From an uncultured virus (IMG/VR IMGVR_UViG_3300027914_001419) (lineage: Duplodnaviria; Heunggongvirae; Uroviricota; Caudoviricetes): a stretch of 20,000 nucleotides of DNA. The notes beneath the pieces were generated by a model. The model made no database searches and was not told where the DNA came from. It saw only the letters and a list, made by a program, of their open reading frames with translations. Both the position numbers and the translations under genes were made by a program. This document shows, in pieces, positions 1-7,782 of the stretch. Location: IMG/VR virus record IMGVR_UViG_3300027914_001419; one strand, written 5' to 3'. Within the stretch, counting starts at the first letter, position 1. Each line of letters opens with the position of its first letter.

Positions 1-572
1 CCGACCACAGAGAAGACACCGCCATTGCCCGCCACGGCGGCCACGGTGATGGTGAAGGAGTCACCAGAGGCGAAATCGGCTTCGGTTCCATCGGCAATGG
101 TGAAGGTGAGCCCGCCGCCGACGAATTCAACGCCTACGGTGGCAATCCCGACGGTGATACCGTCCGGATCCTCTATGGTGAACTTGCCGGCATTAGTCGC
201 GGGCTCGATGCAGACGGCGCGATAGACGCCGGTTTTTGCCCCAGTCCCTACAGTGGGGGTTGCGGTGATAGCGCCATCGCCGGTGTTGCCGGCAACAGCG
301 GCCCCGGCTGCCGCGCCTGCCGTCGGCGCACCGGCTCCTATGCAGGTCAGTTTCCAGACTTCCGGAATCGTCAGGGCCTTGCCTGCCACTCCGGTGCAGG
401 TTCCGTCGCCGGTATTGGTCCCGCCGGTCCCGGTGGCCGGAACGGTAACGCCAACAGCGCCAAGGACCGCGCCACGCGGCAGGCTCTGCCCGGCCAACAG
501 TGTCCCGGCCTTGGTCAGCGCCGGAAATTCGGTTCCGGCAAGCAGTTTGTCAGGGGTATAGGTTTCAGACAT
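1..572 (-). CDS. Head decoration protein (lambda gpD-like position), Gly/Thr/Ala-rich; runs off the left edge of the window
   Basis: ATG at 572 with AGGAGG RBS. Translated by eye: MSETYTPDKLLAGTEFPALTKAGTLLAGQSLPRGAVLG..., with two NTGDG motifs and FTIADG..DFASGDSFTITV. Lies directly downstream of the S49 protease. Absent from the ORF track because it is open-ended. Confidence 0.8.
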   Translation of the reverse strand, partial: MSETYTPDKLLAGTEFPALTKAGTLLAGQSLPRGAVLGAVGVTVPATGTGGTNTGDGTCTGVAGKALTIPEVWKLTCIGAGAPTAGAAAGAAVAGNTGDGAITATPTVGTGAKTGVYRAVCIEPATNAGKFTIEDPDGITVGIATVGVEFVGGGLTFTIADGTEADFASGDSFTITVAAVAGNGGVFSVV

Positions 573-606
573 GATCTTCCTCCTCTATGGAATATCGTTG
601 TGGGGG

Positions 607-1008
607 TCAGTTTCTCTTTACCCAGTCCTCGGCGGCTCTGGCCATGGCGTCACCACATGCGGCCTCCTTGACCTTCTCGGAGGCGGCGTCCATGCTCGCG
701 TCCACTACCGGGGCCGCCTGTGTCGCGCCGGTCTGGATGTCGTCGGCCGCCTTGGCCAGGACTTCGGCCTCCTTGCGCTGGAGCGCCAGGGCCGTATCAC
801 CGGCGGACAGGCCGTTTTTCACGCCGTCCATGATAATGTCCCGATGCGCTTTGGCCGAAGGTCCGGGGATATCCAGGATGGACATAACCCTTGCCCTTTC
901 GTCGTTCGCCCCTGCCGTTCGCCCTTCCGCGATACCCGCCTGCTTGCCCTCTTCAAAAATCTCCGCGTACAGGGCGGGATGCTGTTGCTGCAAGTCTTCT
1001 CTGGTCAT
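607..1008 (-). CDS. Probable nested in-frame scaffolding protein (lambda Nu3-like), 133 aa
   Basis: In-frame ATG at 1008 (MTREDLQQQHPALY) preceded by AAAGGAGA with a 7-nt spacer. The C-terminal part is Ala/Glu-rich and probably helical. Same arrangement as lambda C/Nu3. Confidence 0.65.
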   Translation of the reverse strand: MTREDLQQQHPALYAEIFEEGKQAGIAEGRTAGANDERARVMSILDIPGPSAKAHRDIIMDGVKNGLSAGDTALALQRKEAEVLAKAADDIQTGATQAAPVVDASMDAASEKVKEAACGDAMARAAEDWVKRN

Positions 1009-1929
1009 ACGCTGTTCTCCTTTCGGTTTTTCCGCCGTGGCTGTCCCGCCCGGTACGGATATTGTTCTTCTACTATGCGATGCGCCCAGGTCTTTCATGT
1101 GCGCTATCATCTCGTCAAAACTCTTCATGCCGTCTGCCAGACCCGCTTCAATCGCCTGTCTGCCGGTGAAGATCCGCGCATCGGCGACCTCATCGGCGAC
1201 CTTTTGCCGCTCCATGCCGCGATAGTCGGCCATGGAATCGACAAACGCGCCATACAGATAATCGACCCGTTCCTGCATCTGGCCCCGGTCCTCTTCGGAC
1301 AGCGGCCCGTAGGGATGGCCGACGCCCTTGTATTTCCCGGCGGTAATCAGCGTGGTTTTTTCCCCGCGCTTTTCTTCCTGTTTAGAGATATCCCGGTGCA
1401 TGGCAATGACGCCTATGGAGCCAAGCTCCGTGGCGTTGCTGCCGATGTAGGTGGCTTCCGTGGCCGCTCCCAAAAGCTGGGCCGCGCTGGTCATGTAACC
1501 ATCGGTCCAGGCCATGAGCGGCTTTATCGCCGAGGCGTTGCGGAGAAATTCGGCCGTGTCGAACAACTGGTTGACCGCGCCGCCGGGGGAATCGAAATTG
1601 AGCAGGATAGCGGTCACGGCCGGGTCCTTCAGCGCGCTTTCCACATCGTTGCGGATGGCCGCGTAGGAGGTGGCACCGGAGATCTCCTGAAACATCGTCG
1701 CCCGCGGAATCATCGGTCCCATTACCGGGATGACCGCTACCCCGTCCATAACCGTCGTGGGGAGCCGCGACCCGTCCAGCCGCTTGCCGGTTGACGCCTC
1801 GATGCGGGCGATGTCCTCTGGAGACAACCGCCCGTTACGGGTCAGGTGCGCCTCGTAGATGTCCCACATCAACGTCAGGGTCTCGCCCCGGATAGCCCAG
1901 GGGCTCTGTAAAATCGTCAGTACACTCAT
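607..1929 (-). CDS. S49-family prohead protease / capsid assembly protein (lambda gpC-like)
   Basis: Motifs FDSPGG, MTSAAQ, GSIGV, TAGKYK and ARIFTGRQAIEAGLADG. Follows the portal gene with an ATGA overlap. Confidence 0.92.
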   Translation of the reverse strand: MSVLTILQSPWAIRGETLTLMWDIYEAHLTRNGRLSPEDIARIEASTGKRLDGSRLPTTVMDGVAVIPVMGPMIPRATMFQEISGATSYAAIRNDVESALKDPAVTAILLNFDSPGGAVNQLFDTAEFLRNASAIKPLMAWTDGYMTSAAQLLGAATEATYIGSNATELGSIGVIAMHRDISKQEEKRGEKTTLITAGKYKGVGHPYGPLSEEDRGQMQERVDYLYGAFVDSMADYRGMERQKVADEVADARIFTGRQAIEAGLADGMKSFDEMIAHMKDLGASHSRRTISVPGGTATAEKPKGEQRMTREDLQQQHPALYAEIFEEGKQAGIAEGRTAGANDERARVMSILDIPGPSAKAHRDIIMDGVKNGLSAGDTALALQRKEAEVLAKAADDIQTGATQAAPVVDASMDAASEKVKEAACGDAMARAAEDWVKRN

Positions 1930-3596
1930 TCCGCCTCCGGAAGATCGGGGTTCTGGACAGGGGCTTCCTTTACGGCGGCCGGGGTTTCCGTCTTCGCGCC
2001 CGCCGGGGGTATCCCTTGTGTTGCCCGCATCTTCTCTTCCTTGCCCCGCTGTACGATGTTGGTTTCCCAGTCGCCGCCGTTCATGGCCGCTGTTTCCTGG
2101 GATAGCGTCGTGATGCCGAGGGCCGAGCGCCGTTCCGCCGCCTCCACCTCGTCCACCGGGTTAATAATCGGTTTGGACGGGCCGGTCCATTCGTGCCCCA
2201 TCCACGCCGCACGAATCATCGGATCGCTGAAAAAGCCGGGGGCGTAGATAGTGCCCTGGGCCACTTCCTGGGCCAGCCACACGGCAAAGACAGGGTCGCA
2301 ATGGTCTTCGACCAGTTCGGCCCGCATGCACAGGAAGAAACGCCAGGCGTCCTCCATGGCGGCCCGCGCCGCGCTGTAGCTGGCGGTATAGTGCTTTATC
2401 ACTACCTCATACGGGATGCCGATACGCAGCCCGATCTGGCGCACGCACGCGAGAAAGAACGGGTCGAAATTGGCGTTGGGCAGGTTCGGGTCCGCTGTCT
2501 GTATCTCTTGGTCTCTCCCCAGGCCGACCACCGCGCCGTAACCCAGGCGGATATTGCCGGTCGTGGCCGCGCTCTCGCCTGCTCCGGTCTGAACCGTCAT
2601 GCCCGGCAGCCGCCGCACCGCCGGGGCCAGCGGCGTATTGTCCAGACTCTGGCCGGTGCTCTTGATGAACACGGTAAAGAGCGCCGACACCACGGCCCGC
2701 TTCAGTTCGGCCTTGGTCATACGCGCCATGTCCTTGAGGGGCTCCAGCACTCCGGCCAGCATGGGAATGCCCCGCGTCTGGCTCGGCCGTTCGGGCCGGT
2801 AGTAGTGGAGCACGTTCCGCAGGCCGGTTTTGCTGTTGAAGGCCGGGTACGGGTCCCATACCATCCGGTCGGGGTCGGCATAGAGCACATTGCCGGGATG
2901 GCCGCGAGTGAGCCAATAGCGCACCGGCGCGCCGTCTTCGTCTTTCTCCACGCCGCCGGTAAAGCCCCGGCGGTCGGGCTGTTTGTTGGGGTTGCACAGC
3001 CGGTCGGCCTCTATCGCCTGCATCCGGAGGGGGTTGGTCAGGCCCGGCAGTGGTTTGACCGGCAGAAGGGTGATGGCCTCGCCATTGATGATGCGGGACC
3101 GGAGGGCAAGCTGGGCATGGCCGTTAAAAGACAGGGTCCGCTCGATGTCGCAATCCTTTGAGCCTGCCCACAGCTTCCAGCGGCGCTCGAGGTTGCGTTG
3201 CCAGGCGTCGGCTTCCGGGTCGGACAGGCCCAACAGTTCGCGGTCGATGTGGCTTTGCAGGGTGAGCCCGACGCCGACGGTATTCATGATGGTGGTGTTG
3301 ACAATGCCGCCCGCCACCGGCTGGTTGCGCACTGCGTCACGCGAACGGGAGCGCATGTCGTCCAGACCGGCCAGGGATGAATCGGCATCGGAGGGAAATG
3401 GGGTCCATTCGCCCATCTCGCGGCCAGCTCGATCCGCGCCGTCATACCCGCCGCCGGAGGAAAAGGCTTCCGACACCAGGGACATCTGGGCGCGGGCCTG
3501 CATCCGTTGCGAGGCCCGGACCGGCGCGAAATACTCCACGATCCTGTCGATGAAGTTTCCCGCTATCAATTTTTCAACTGCGCGGTCTTTCAGCAT
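1926..3596 (-). CDS. Phage portal protein, lambda family
   Basis: 556 aa. Motifs RSRDAVRN, VGVGL, IEADRL, GGVEKDEDGAPVRYW, RPSQTRGIP, YSAARAA and INPVDE. Lies between the gpW-like and S49 genes. Confidence 0.95.
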   Translation of the reverse strand: MLKDRAVEKLIAGNFIDRIVEYFAPVRASQRMQARAQMSLVSEAFSSGGGYDGADRAGREMGEWTPFPSDADSSLAGLDDMRSRSRDAVRNQPVAGGIVNTTIMNTVGVGLTLQSHIDRELLGLSDPEADAWQRNLERRWKLWAGSKDCDIERTLSFNGHAQLALRSRIINGEAITLLPVKPLPGLTNPLRMQAIEADRLCNPNKQPDRRGFTGGVEKDEDGAPVRYWLTRGHPGNVLYADPDRMVWDPYPAFNSKTGLRNVLHYYRPERPSQTRGIPMLAGVLEPLKDMARMTKAELKRAVVSALFTVFIKSTGQSLDNTPLAPAVRRLPGMTVQTGAGESAATTGNIRLGYGAVVGLGRDQEIQTADPNLPNANFDPFFLACVRQIGLRIGIPYEVVIKHYTASYSAARAAMEDAWRFFLCMRAELVEDHCDPVFAVWLAQEVAQGTIYAPGFFSDPMIRAAWMGHEWTGPSKPIINPVDEVEAAERRSALGITTLSQETAAMNGGDWETNIVQRGKEEKMRATQGIPPAGAKTETPAAVKEAPVQNPDLPEAE

Positions 3597-3835
3597 GGCG
3601 GAATGACTCCGTATACCCGTATGCCGCCGCCCCCGGCCAGCTCGCGCACTTTGCCGTCCCAGAACTCGAGGTTGCGGCGCACCTCCGCCGCGTCGGCCCT
3701 GGTAAGGCTGCGCCCGCCCGAGGTCGTATTGATGCTGAAGGACTGCGCGCCGGAGGCAAGGGCCGCATCCGCCGTCATCCAGGCGGCCAGTTGAGTCTTT
3801 GCTTCGGCAAGGGTGATTCCGTTATCGTCGGGCAT
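3590..3835 (-). CDS. Head-tail joining / head completion protein (gpW-like)
   Basis: 81 aa. Motif ITLAEAKTQLAAW...GRSLTRADAAEVRRNLEFW. AGGAG RBS; overlaps the portal start. Confidence 0.8.
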   Translation of the reverse strand: MPDDNGITLAEAKTQLAAWMTADAALASGAQSFSINTTSGGRSLTRADAAEVRRNLEFWDGKVRELAGGGGIRVYGVIPPC

Positions 3836-4036
3836 CAAGGATCTCCTGGGGAGTTGGCGTGGGGCGTTATATGGTCGGCCGCTATTTTCCCGCTACCCAG
3901 AGCGGGCGGGAAGGGGTATAAGGTGACAAAAGGTGGTATTTTTCCAAGAAAATGCAGGATGGGGGTTTTTGGGGAGAAGTTTTTTCTTGATTCTTTTCTG
4001 GCCATGGCGGCCGGGAAGCTTATGGACGAACGGGCG

Positions 4037-4078
4037 GAAAAAAAGAAAGGCGGGGTTTCCCCCGCCTTTCTTTTTTTC
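4037..4078. terminator. Bidirectional rho-independent terminator
   Basis: Perfect 19-bp inverted repeat gaaaaaaagaaaggcgggg-tttc-ccccgcctttctttttttc, giving a U tract on both strands. Confidence 0.85.
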
Positions 4079-4189
4079 AGGCTTCGTCTTTGGCAACAAG
4101 GCTGATGGTCTGGTTGAGAAGGGTTTCGATGTCTCTGAACCAGTATCTGAAGGGTTTTTCAAGGGGGTTTTTTCTTGAGGTGTTCTCCG

Positions 4190-4417
4190 TTACGCCTTTT
4201 CCGGCTTTATCTCGATGATGAATGTTTCGTTGAAATAGTTTGCAAGTAGTTGAATTGTGTCAATGGTGGGGTGCCCGATTCCCTTCATGTACCGGCTAAC
4301 CGCCGATTGAGTCAGTCCGATTTCTCTTGCGATAGCTGATTGACTGGACTTGGCAACGGCTTCACGAATCAAAATAACTATTCTTTCCGGTGTTTTTGAA
4401 TTGCCTCTACCCTTCAT
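4190..4417 (-). CDS. Small XRE/Cro-C1-type HTH protein (paralog 4)
   Basis: SQSAIAREIGLTQSAVSRYMKGIGHP HTH; ends TFIIEIKP; ATGA overlap with the upstream paralog. Confidence 0.85.
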   Translation of the reverse strand: MKGRGNSKTPERIVILIREAVAKSSQSAIAREIGLTQSAVSRYMKGIGHPTIDTIQLLANYFNETFIIEIKPEKA

Positions 4418-4665
4418 AAAACCCCCACAATATCGCCAGATTGCGGCTTGATTTGAATATCAAATGTTTTGCCGGTATAGTCTGAGAGGCGCTGAAGCGT
4501 GGTAAACGTTGGCTCCCCAATTCCATCACGATAGCGGGCGAGTGAAGCCATACCGATCCCTGTTGCATTGGATAATGCCAAAAGTCTACTTTTCGTCAAA
4601 AGCTCTTTAACCAGGTCAATCACCCAAACTGGTGTTTTTCCTGTGCCTCTTCCTCTTGGGCTCAT
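4414..4665 (-). CDS. Small XRE/Cro-C1-type HTH protein (paralog 3)
   Basis: GKTP...LSNATGIGMASLARYRDGIGEPTFTTLQRLSDYTGKTFDIQIKP; ATGA overlap with the upstream paralog. Confidence 0.85.
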   Translation of the reverse strand: MSPRGRGTGKTPVWVIDLVKELLTKSRLLALSNATGIGMASLARYRDGIGEPTFTTLQRLSDYTGKTFDIQIKPQSGDIVGVL

Positions 4666-4877
4666 AGATCCTCCGGTTTAATCTCAATGGTGAAAGTGGT
4701 TTTGAAATAGTTTGCCAACTTTTGAAGACTGGCATATGTCGGCTCGGTTGCTCCTGCGAGATATTTGTCCACGCTGTTCGGGTTAATTCCTGATTTTTTG
4801 CAAAATTGGTTCAGGCTTATCTTCTCAGGAATTTCTGAATTGAGTAGGTCAACAACTCTTTGGAATGTTTTTCCCAT
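4662..4877 (-). CDS. Small XRE/Cro-C1-type HTH protein (paralog 2)
   Basis: SLNQFCKKSGINPNSVDKYLAGATEPTYASLQKLANYFKTTFTIEIKP; GGGGGA RBS. Confidence 0.85.
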   Translation of the reverse strand: MGKTFQRVVDLLNSEIPEKISLNQFCKKSGINPNSVDKYLAGATEPTYASLQKLANYFKTTFTIEIKPEDL

Positions 4878-4909
4878 AATTCCCCCTGCTCTATCTAAAG
4901 GCTGAAAAG

Positions 4910-5407
4910 CTAATCCTGTTGCCCGGACGGTTTAATCTCTATAATAAATGTACGCCCAGTATAATCAGCTAGTCGCTGTATACTAGAGAGACGGGGTTCA
5001 CCTATGCCCTTCAAATATCGCTGTATACTCAAAAGAGTTAATCCAGACTCTCTGGCCACAGCGCTTTGGCCCTTTTCTGCGACTAATTCCGTCAGCAACT
5101 CAACCAACCATTCAGGTGTTTTTCCCAGTATGATTTCCTGAGATTTATTTGATGTAATCAGCTCCATTTCAGTTATAGCCATAACTGATATCTCAAGATA
5201 TTCGGCAATCTTTGTGACAAAAGCCTCTGTCAACCTCTGTTTTCCAGTTAATAATCTACCAACGTAAGACGATGAGAAACCGGAACTGGCTCCGATTTCA
5301 GCAAATAATCCGTAAGTCCCCCATTCTCCCCTCTTAGTAAGTTCTTCGATTATTCGCTGTAATACAAATGTCTGATTTTCTTTTAAGAACATTGCTATCG
5401 TTTGCAT
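4910..5407 (-). CDS. Double-HTH XRE-type protein (paralog 1), 165 aa
   Basis: Likely start ATG 5407 (MQTIAMF) after GGGGAGGG. N-terminal HTH IGASSGFSSSYVGRLLTGKQRL; C-terminal HTH GQSAVARESGLTLLSIQRYLKGIGEP...TFIIEIKP. Confidence 0.8.
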   Translation of the reverse strand: MQTIAMFLKENQTFVLQRIIEELTKRGEWGTYGLFAEIGASSGFSSSYVGRLLTGKQRLTEAFVTKIAEYLEISVMAITEMELITSNKSQEIILGKTPEWLVELLTELVAEKGQSAVARESGLTLLSIQRYLKGIGEPRLSSIQRLADYTGRTFIIEIKPSGQQD

Positions 5408-5516
5408 TATCCCTCCCCACTGCTTAATCTTCGTTTCGATTCCCTGGCATCTACCCAAATTGGCCGTGCGCAGGTGCCCCGGCTGCCAGCGAAACGATAG
5501 ACGGCGGCCGCAGCGA

Positions 5517-5879
5517 CTACTCCGCCCACCGCGCCGGGTCAATCTCGTACTCACGGCGGAAGACCTCCACCGATACGGCGGTTATCCTGATGCCCTGAGA
5601 GGGCCGCAAGCCGTTTTCGCCCTCTTTCGCGCCGTCATCAACCGCTATCAGCTTGCCCTCTTTTACCCGGCCCAGTGCCCACTTGCCGCTTTTTCCGAAG
5701 ATAGCCCCGGCCTCGTCGGGCGAATAGCAGAGGTTTTCCAGGATATGCCGCTTCTTTACCTCGGAAATGTCCGCCATTGTCACCCTCAGCCGTGGCATAT
5801 CCTTGTTCTGTTCGATCCGTATCGCTTCCTTTTCCGTCACGCACCACCCCGTTTCCCGCCTTGCGGCGTCAGATTCCAT
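5517..5879 (-). CDS. Xis/MerR-like winged-HTH DNA-binding protein, possibly a late-gene regulator
   Basis: YSPDEAGAIFGKSGKWALGRVKEGKLIAV resembles an HTH_17-type domain. Overlaps the terL stop; exact start uncertain. Confidence 0.55.
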   Translation of the reverse strand: MESDAARRETGWCVTEKEAIRIEQNKDMPRLRVTMADISEVKKRHILENLCYSPDEAGAIFGKSGKWALGRVKEGKLIAVDDGAKEGENGLRPSQGIRITAVSVEVFRREYEIDPARWAE

Positions 5880-7782
5880 TACTCAGCATTTGCGCCGCGC
5901 CGCCTGACTGATCCATCAGGTTTTCCCGCCGCGCATTATGAAAATTGCTCACATTCGCCAGCACCAGCGCCATTACCTCGCAGTCCCAGAGGTGATTCGC
6001 CCTGTTGTTCGGGTTCTGCCACAGCCCGCCCGAGTCTCTCCCTTCGGCGCAGCAGTGCCGGGCGTACTCCTCCAGGCTGTTCCGCTGGTCAACAGCGGCT
6101 CCAGACGCTTTCAGCTTCCATTGCTCCGTGGTGAATCCGCTGTGCAGAAGCCACGCGCCGGGGTCCGATGGCTCCACCATCAGCCTCAGCGCCAATTCGT
6201 CCTTGAATTTGTGGGTATTAAAGGTATGCAGCCGCACCACGCCCGGTAAAGGCTTGTTGGTGCCTGGGAAATTGGCGATGGATGAGACGCTCACCAGTTT
6301 GGTAGGGTTTCCGGAGGCCCCTTGCGCCGGGATGACTCCGGTTTTGAGGCACCACAGGTATATCTCGGTGGTCCGGTGCCCCTGGGTGTCGATAATCGCC
6401 CACGTAACCACATGCTCCGTCCCCTTCGCATCGTACCAGTTCCCGTACAGGAGCCGCTCCACCCCTGCCAGGTCCGTGACGTACCCTGCCTTTACCAGCC
6501 AGGAGGAGAGGACCTCCCCGAACCGCCAGGCCCGGACCGTATACCAGAACCCCTTGTCCTGGGTGTCAATGTGCATGGTCAGGGCATCTATGCCATGGGG
6601 CACAAGGCCGTCCGGCCGGGTGTCGCACAGCCGGAGGATGTAGTCTTCCTGCCGTTCGCTGATTTCAGGAATGTAGTCTATGGCTTCGTAGCCGTTGGCC
6701 CAGGCGGTTTTGGCGTTGAGGTCGCCGGTTTTGGCCTTGAGCCAGGCGGCGGCTATTTCGGTGAGGGGGATGTCGAGGCATTCCCAGGCCCGGTGGTGGA
6801 AGCCGACCTTTGAGGGGCGGGGTATGTCGGCGCCTTTGACGCAGTACCAGCGGCCATGGCGGATGGCGTGTTCGCGTTTGCGGTCGTCCCATACTGCGCC
6901 ACAGTTGCAGGCATATTCGACGCCGGTCTGTTCGATGGTTTCGGGGGTGGCGTCGTTCGGTATGATGAGGTGTTCGGCGTCCATGCGGACGAGTTCGCCG
7001 CAGTCGGGGCATTTGAGCCGGTATTCCCATGTCTGGTGACAGTTGAGCATGCCCTTGTAAACGAATTTCCCGGCGGGGGTGCTGGCGAAGAAGCGTTTGT
7101 AGCGGCCTTTGTAGGTACGGTTGCGCTTTTTTATGAGGGTTATGGGGTCGGCTTCCTTGCCGGCCATTTCCGGGTATTTGTCTATTTCGTCGCCAAAGCA
7201 GTGCTTGGCGCTCCAGGTGGCCATGCTGGTGGCGCTGTTGGCGTGGGCCGGAAAGATGGTGACGCCGTGTTGCAGGTTGATGCGGGCCAGGCTGGTGTCG
7301 TCCATTTTGCGCGAGAGGTAGCGGGAGAGCCGGGGCGATTTCTGCAGGGTGGGCTTGAGCTTGCCTCCGGTGATTTTAGTGGCGGCGTCTTCTGTTGGCA
7401 TGAGATAAAAAATGTTGCCGGGATCGCAGTCTATGGCCCAGCCGATGCAGTTGAGCATGGTGTTGGTTTTGCCGCTCTGCTCGATGCCACAGAACCAGAC
7501 TTCGCGGACCCAGGGCTGACCGAAGGTGTCCATGATCTTGACGGTGTGCGGGGCGTAGTCGTGCCGCCAGGGGCCTTCGTGGGCGCCGTCGGTGACGATG
7601 CGGTATTTTTCGGCCCATTCGGAAACCTTTATCTTTTCCGGGTGGCGCATGCGCAGGCGCACGGGCCGCGGGATGGCGAAGGAGACCGGGCGGCCCCGGA
7701 GGGTTTGCCGGACTTGTTCGGGCAGCCATTCGGGCAGGCCAAAGCGGGTGGTGAAGCTGATATGAAGGGCTGGCTGGTTCAT
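5869..7782 (-). CDS. terL: Terminase large subunit, lambda GpA family, 637 aa
   Basis: True start is ATG 7782 (MNQPALH), with an ATGA overlap with the upstream gene. Motifs: SEWAEKYR, EQSGKT (Walker A), CFGDEIDKYP (Walker B), ASTP, CPDCG..CNCG, IDTQD and NHLWDCEV (nuclease). Confidence 0.95.
   Translation of the reverse strand: MNQPALHISFTTRFGLPEWLPEQVRQTLRGRPVSFAIPRPVRLRMRHPEKIKVSEWAEKYRIVTDGAHEGPWRHDYAPHTVKIMDTFGQPWVREVWFCGIEQSGKTNTMLNCIGWAIDCDPGNIFYLMPTEDAATKITGGKLKPTLQKSPRLSRYLSRKMDDTSLARINLQHGVTIFPAHANSATSMATWSAKHCFGDEIDKYPEMAGKEADPITLIKKRNRTYKGRYKRFFASTPAGKFVYKGMLNCHQTWEYRLKCPDCGELVRMDAEHLIIPNDATPETIEQTGVEYACNCGAVWDDRKREHAIRHGRWYCVKGADIPRPSKVGFHHRAWECLDIPLTEIAAAWLKAKTGDLNAKTAWANGYEAIDYIPEISERQEDYILRLCDTRPDGLVPHGIDALTMHIDTQDKGFWYTVRAWRFGEVLSSWLVKAGYVTDLAGVERLLYGNWYDAKGTEHVVTWAIIDTQGHRTTEIYLWCLKTGVIPAQGASGNPTKLVSVSSIANFPGTNKPLPGVVRLHTFNTHKFKDELALRLMVEPSDPGAWLLHSGFTTEQWKLKASGAAVDQRNSLEEYARHCCAEGRDSGGLWQNPNNRANHLWDCEVMALVLANVSNFHNARRENLMDQSGGAAQMLSNGI

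Noticed and set aside
3893..4178. ORFs 3893-4162 (-) and 3933-4178 (+)
   Set aside because: They cross the terminator and homopolymer tracts, have low-complexity Lys/Phe-rich translations and no convincing RBS.
4078..4189. Protein-like minus-strand frame (...EKPFRYWFRDIETLLNQTISLVAKDEA*) ending at the terminator
   Set aside because: No start codon or RBS in frame. It could be a gene remnant displaced by the HTH cluster but cannot be supported.
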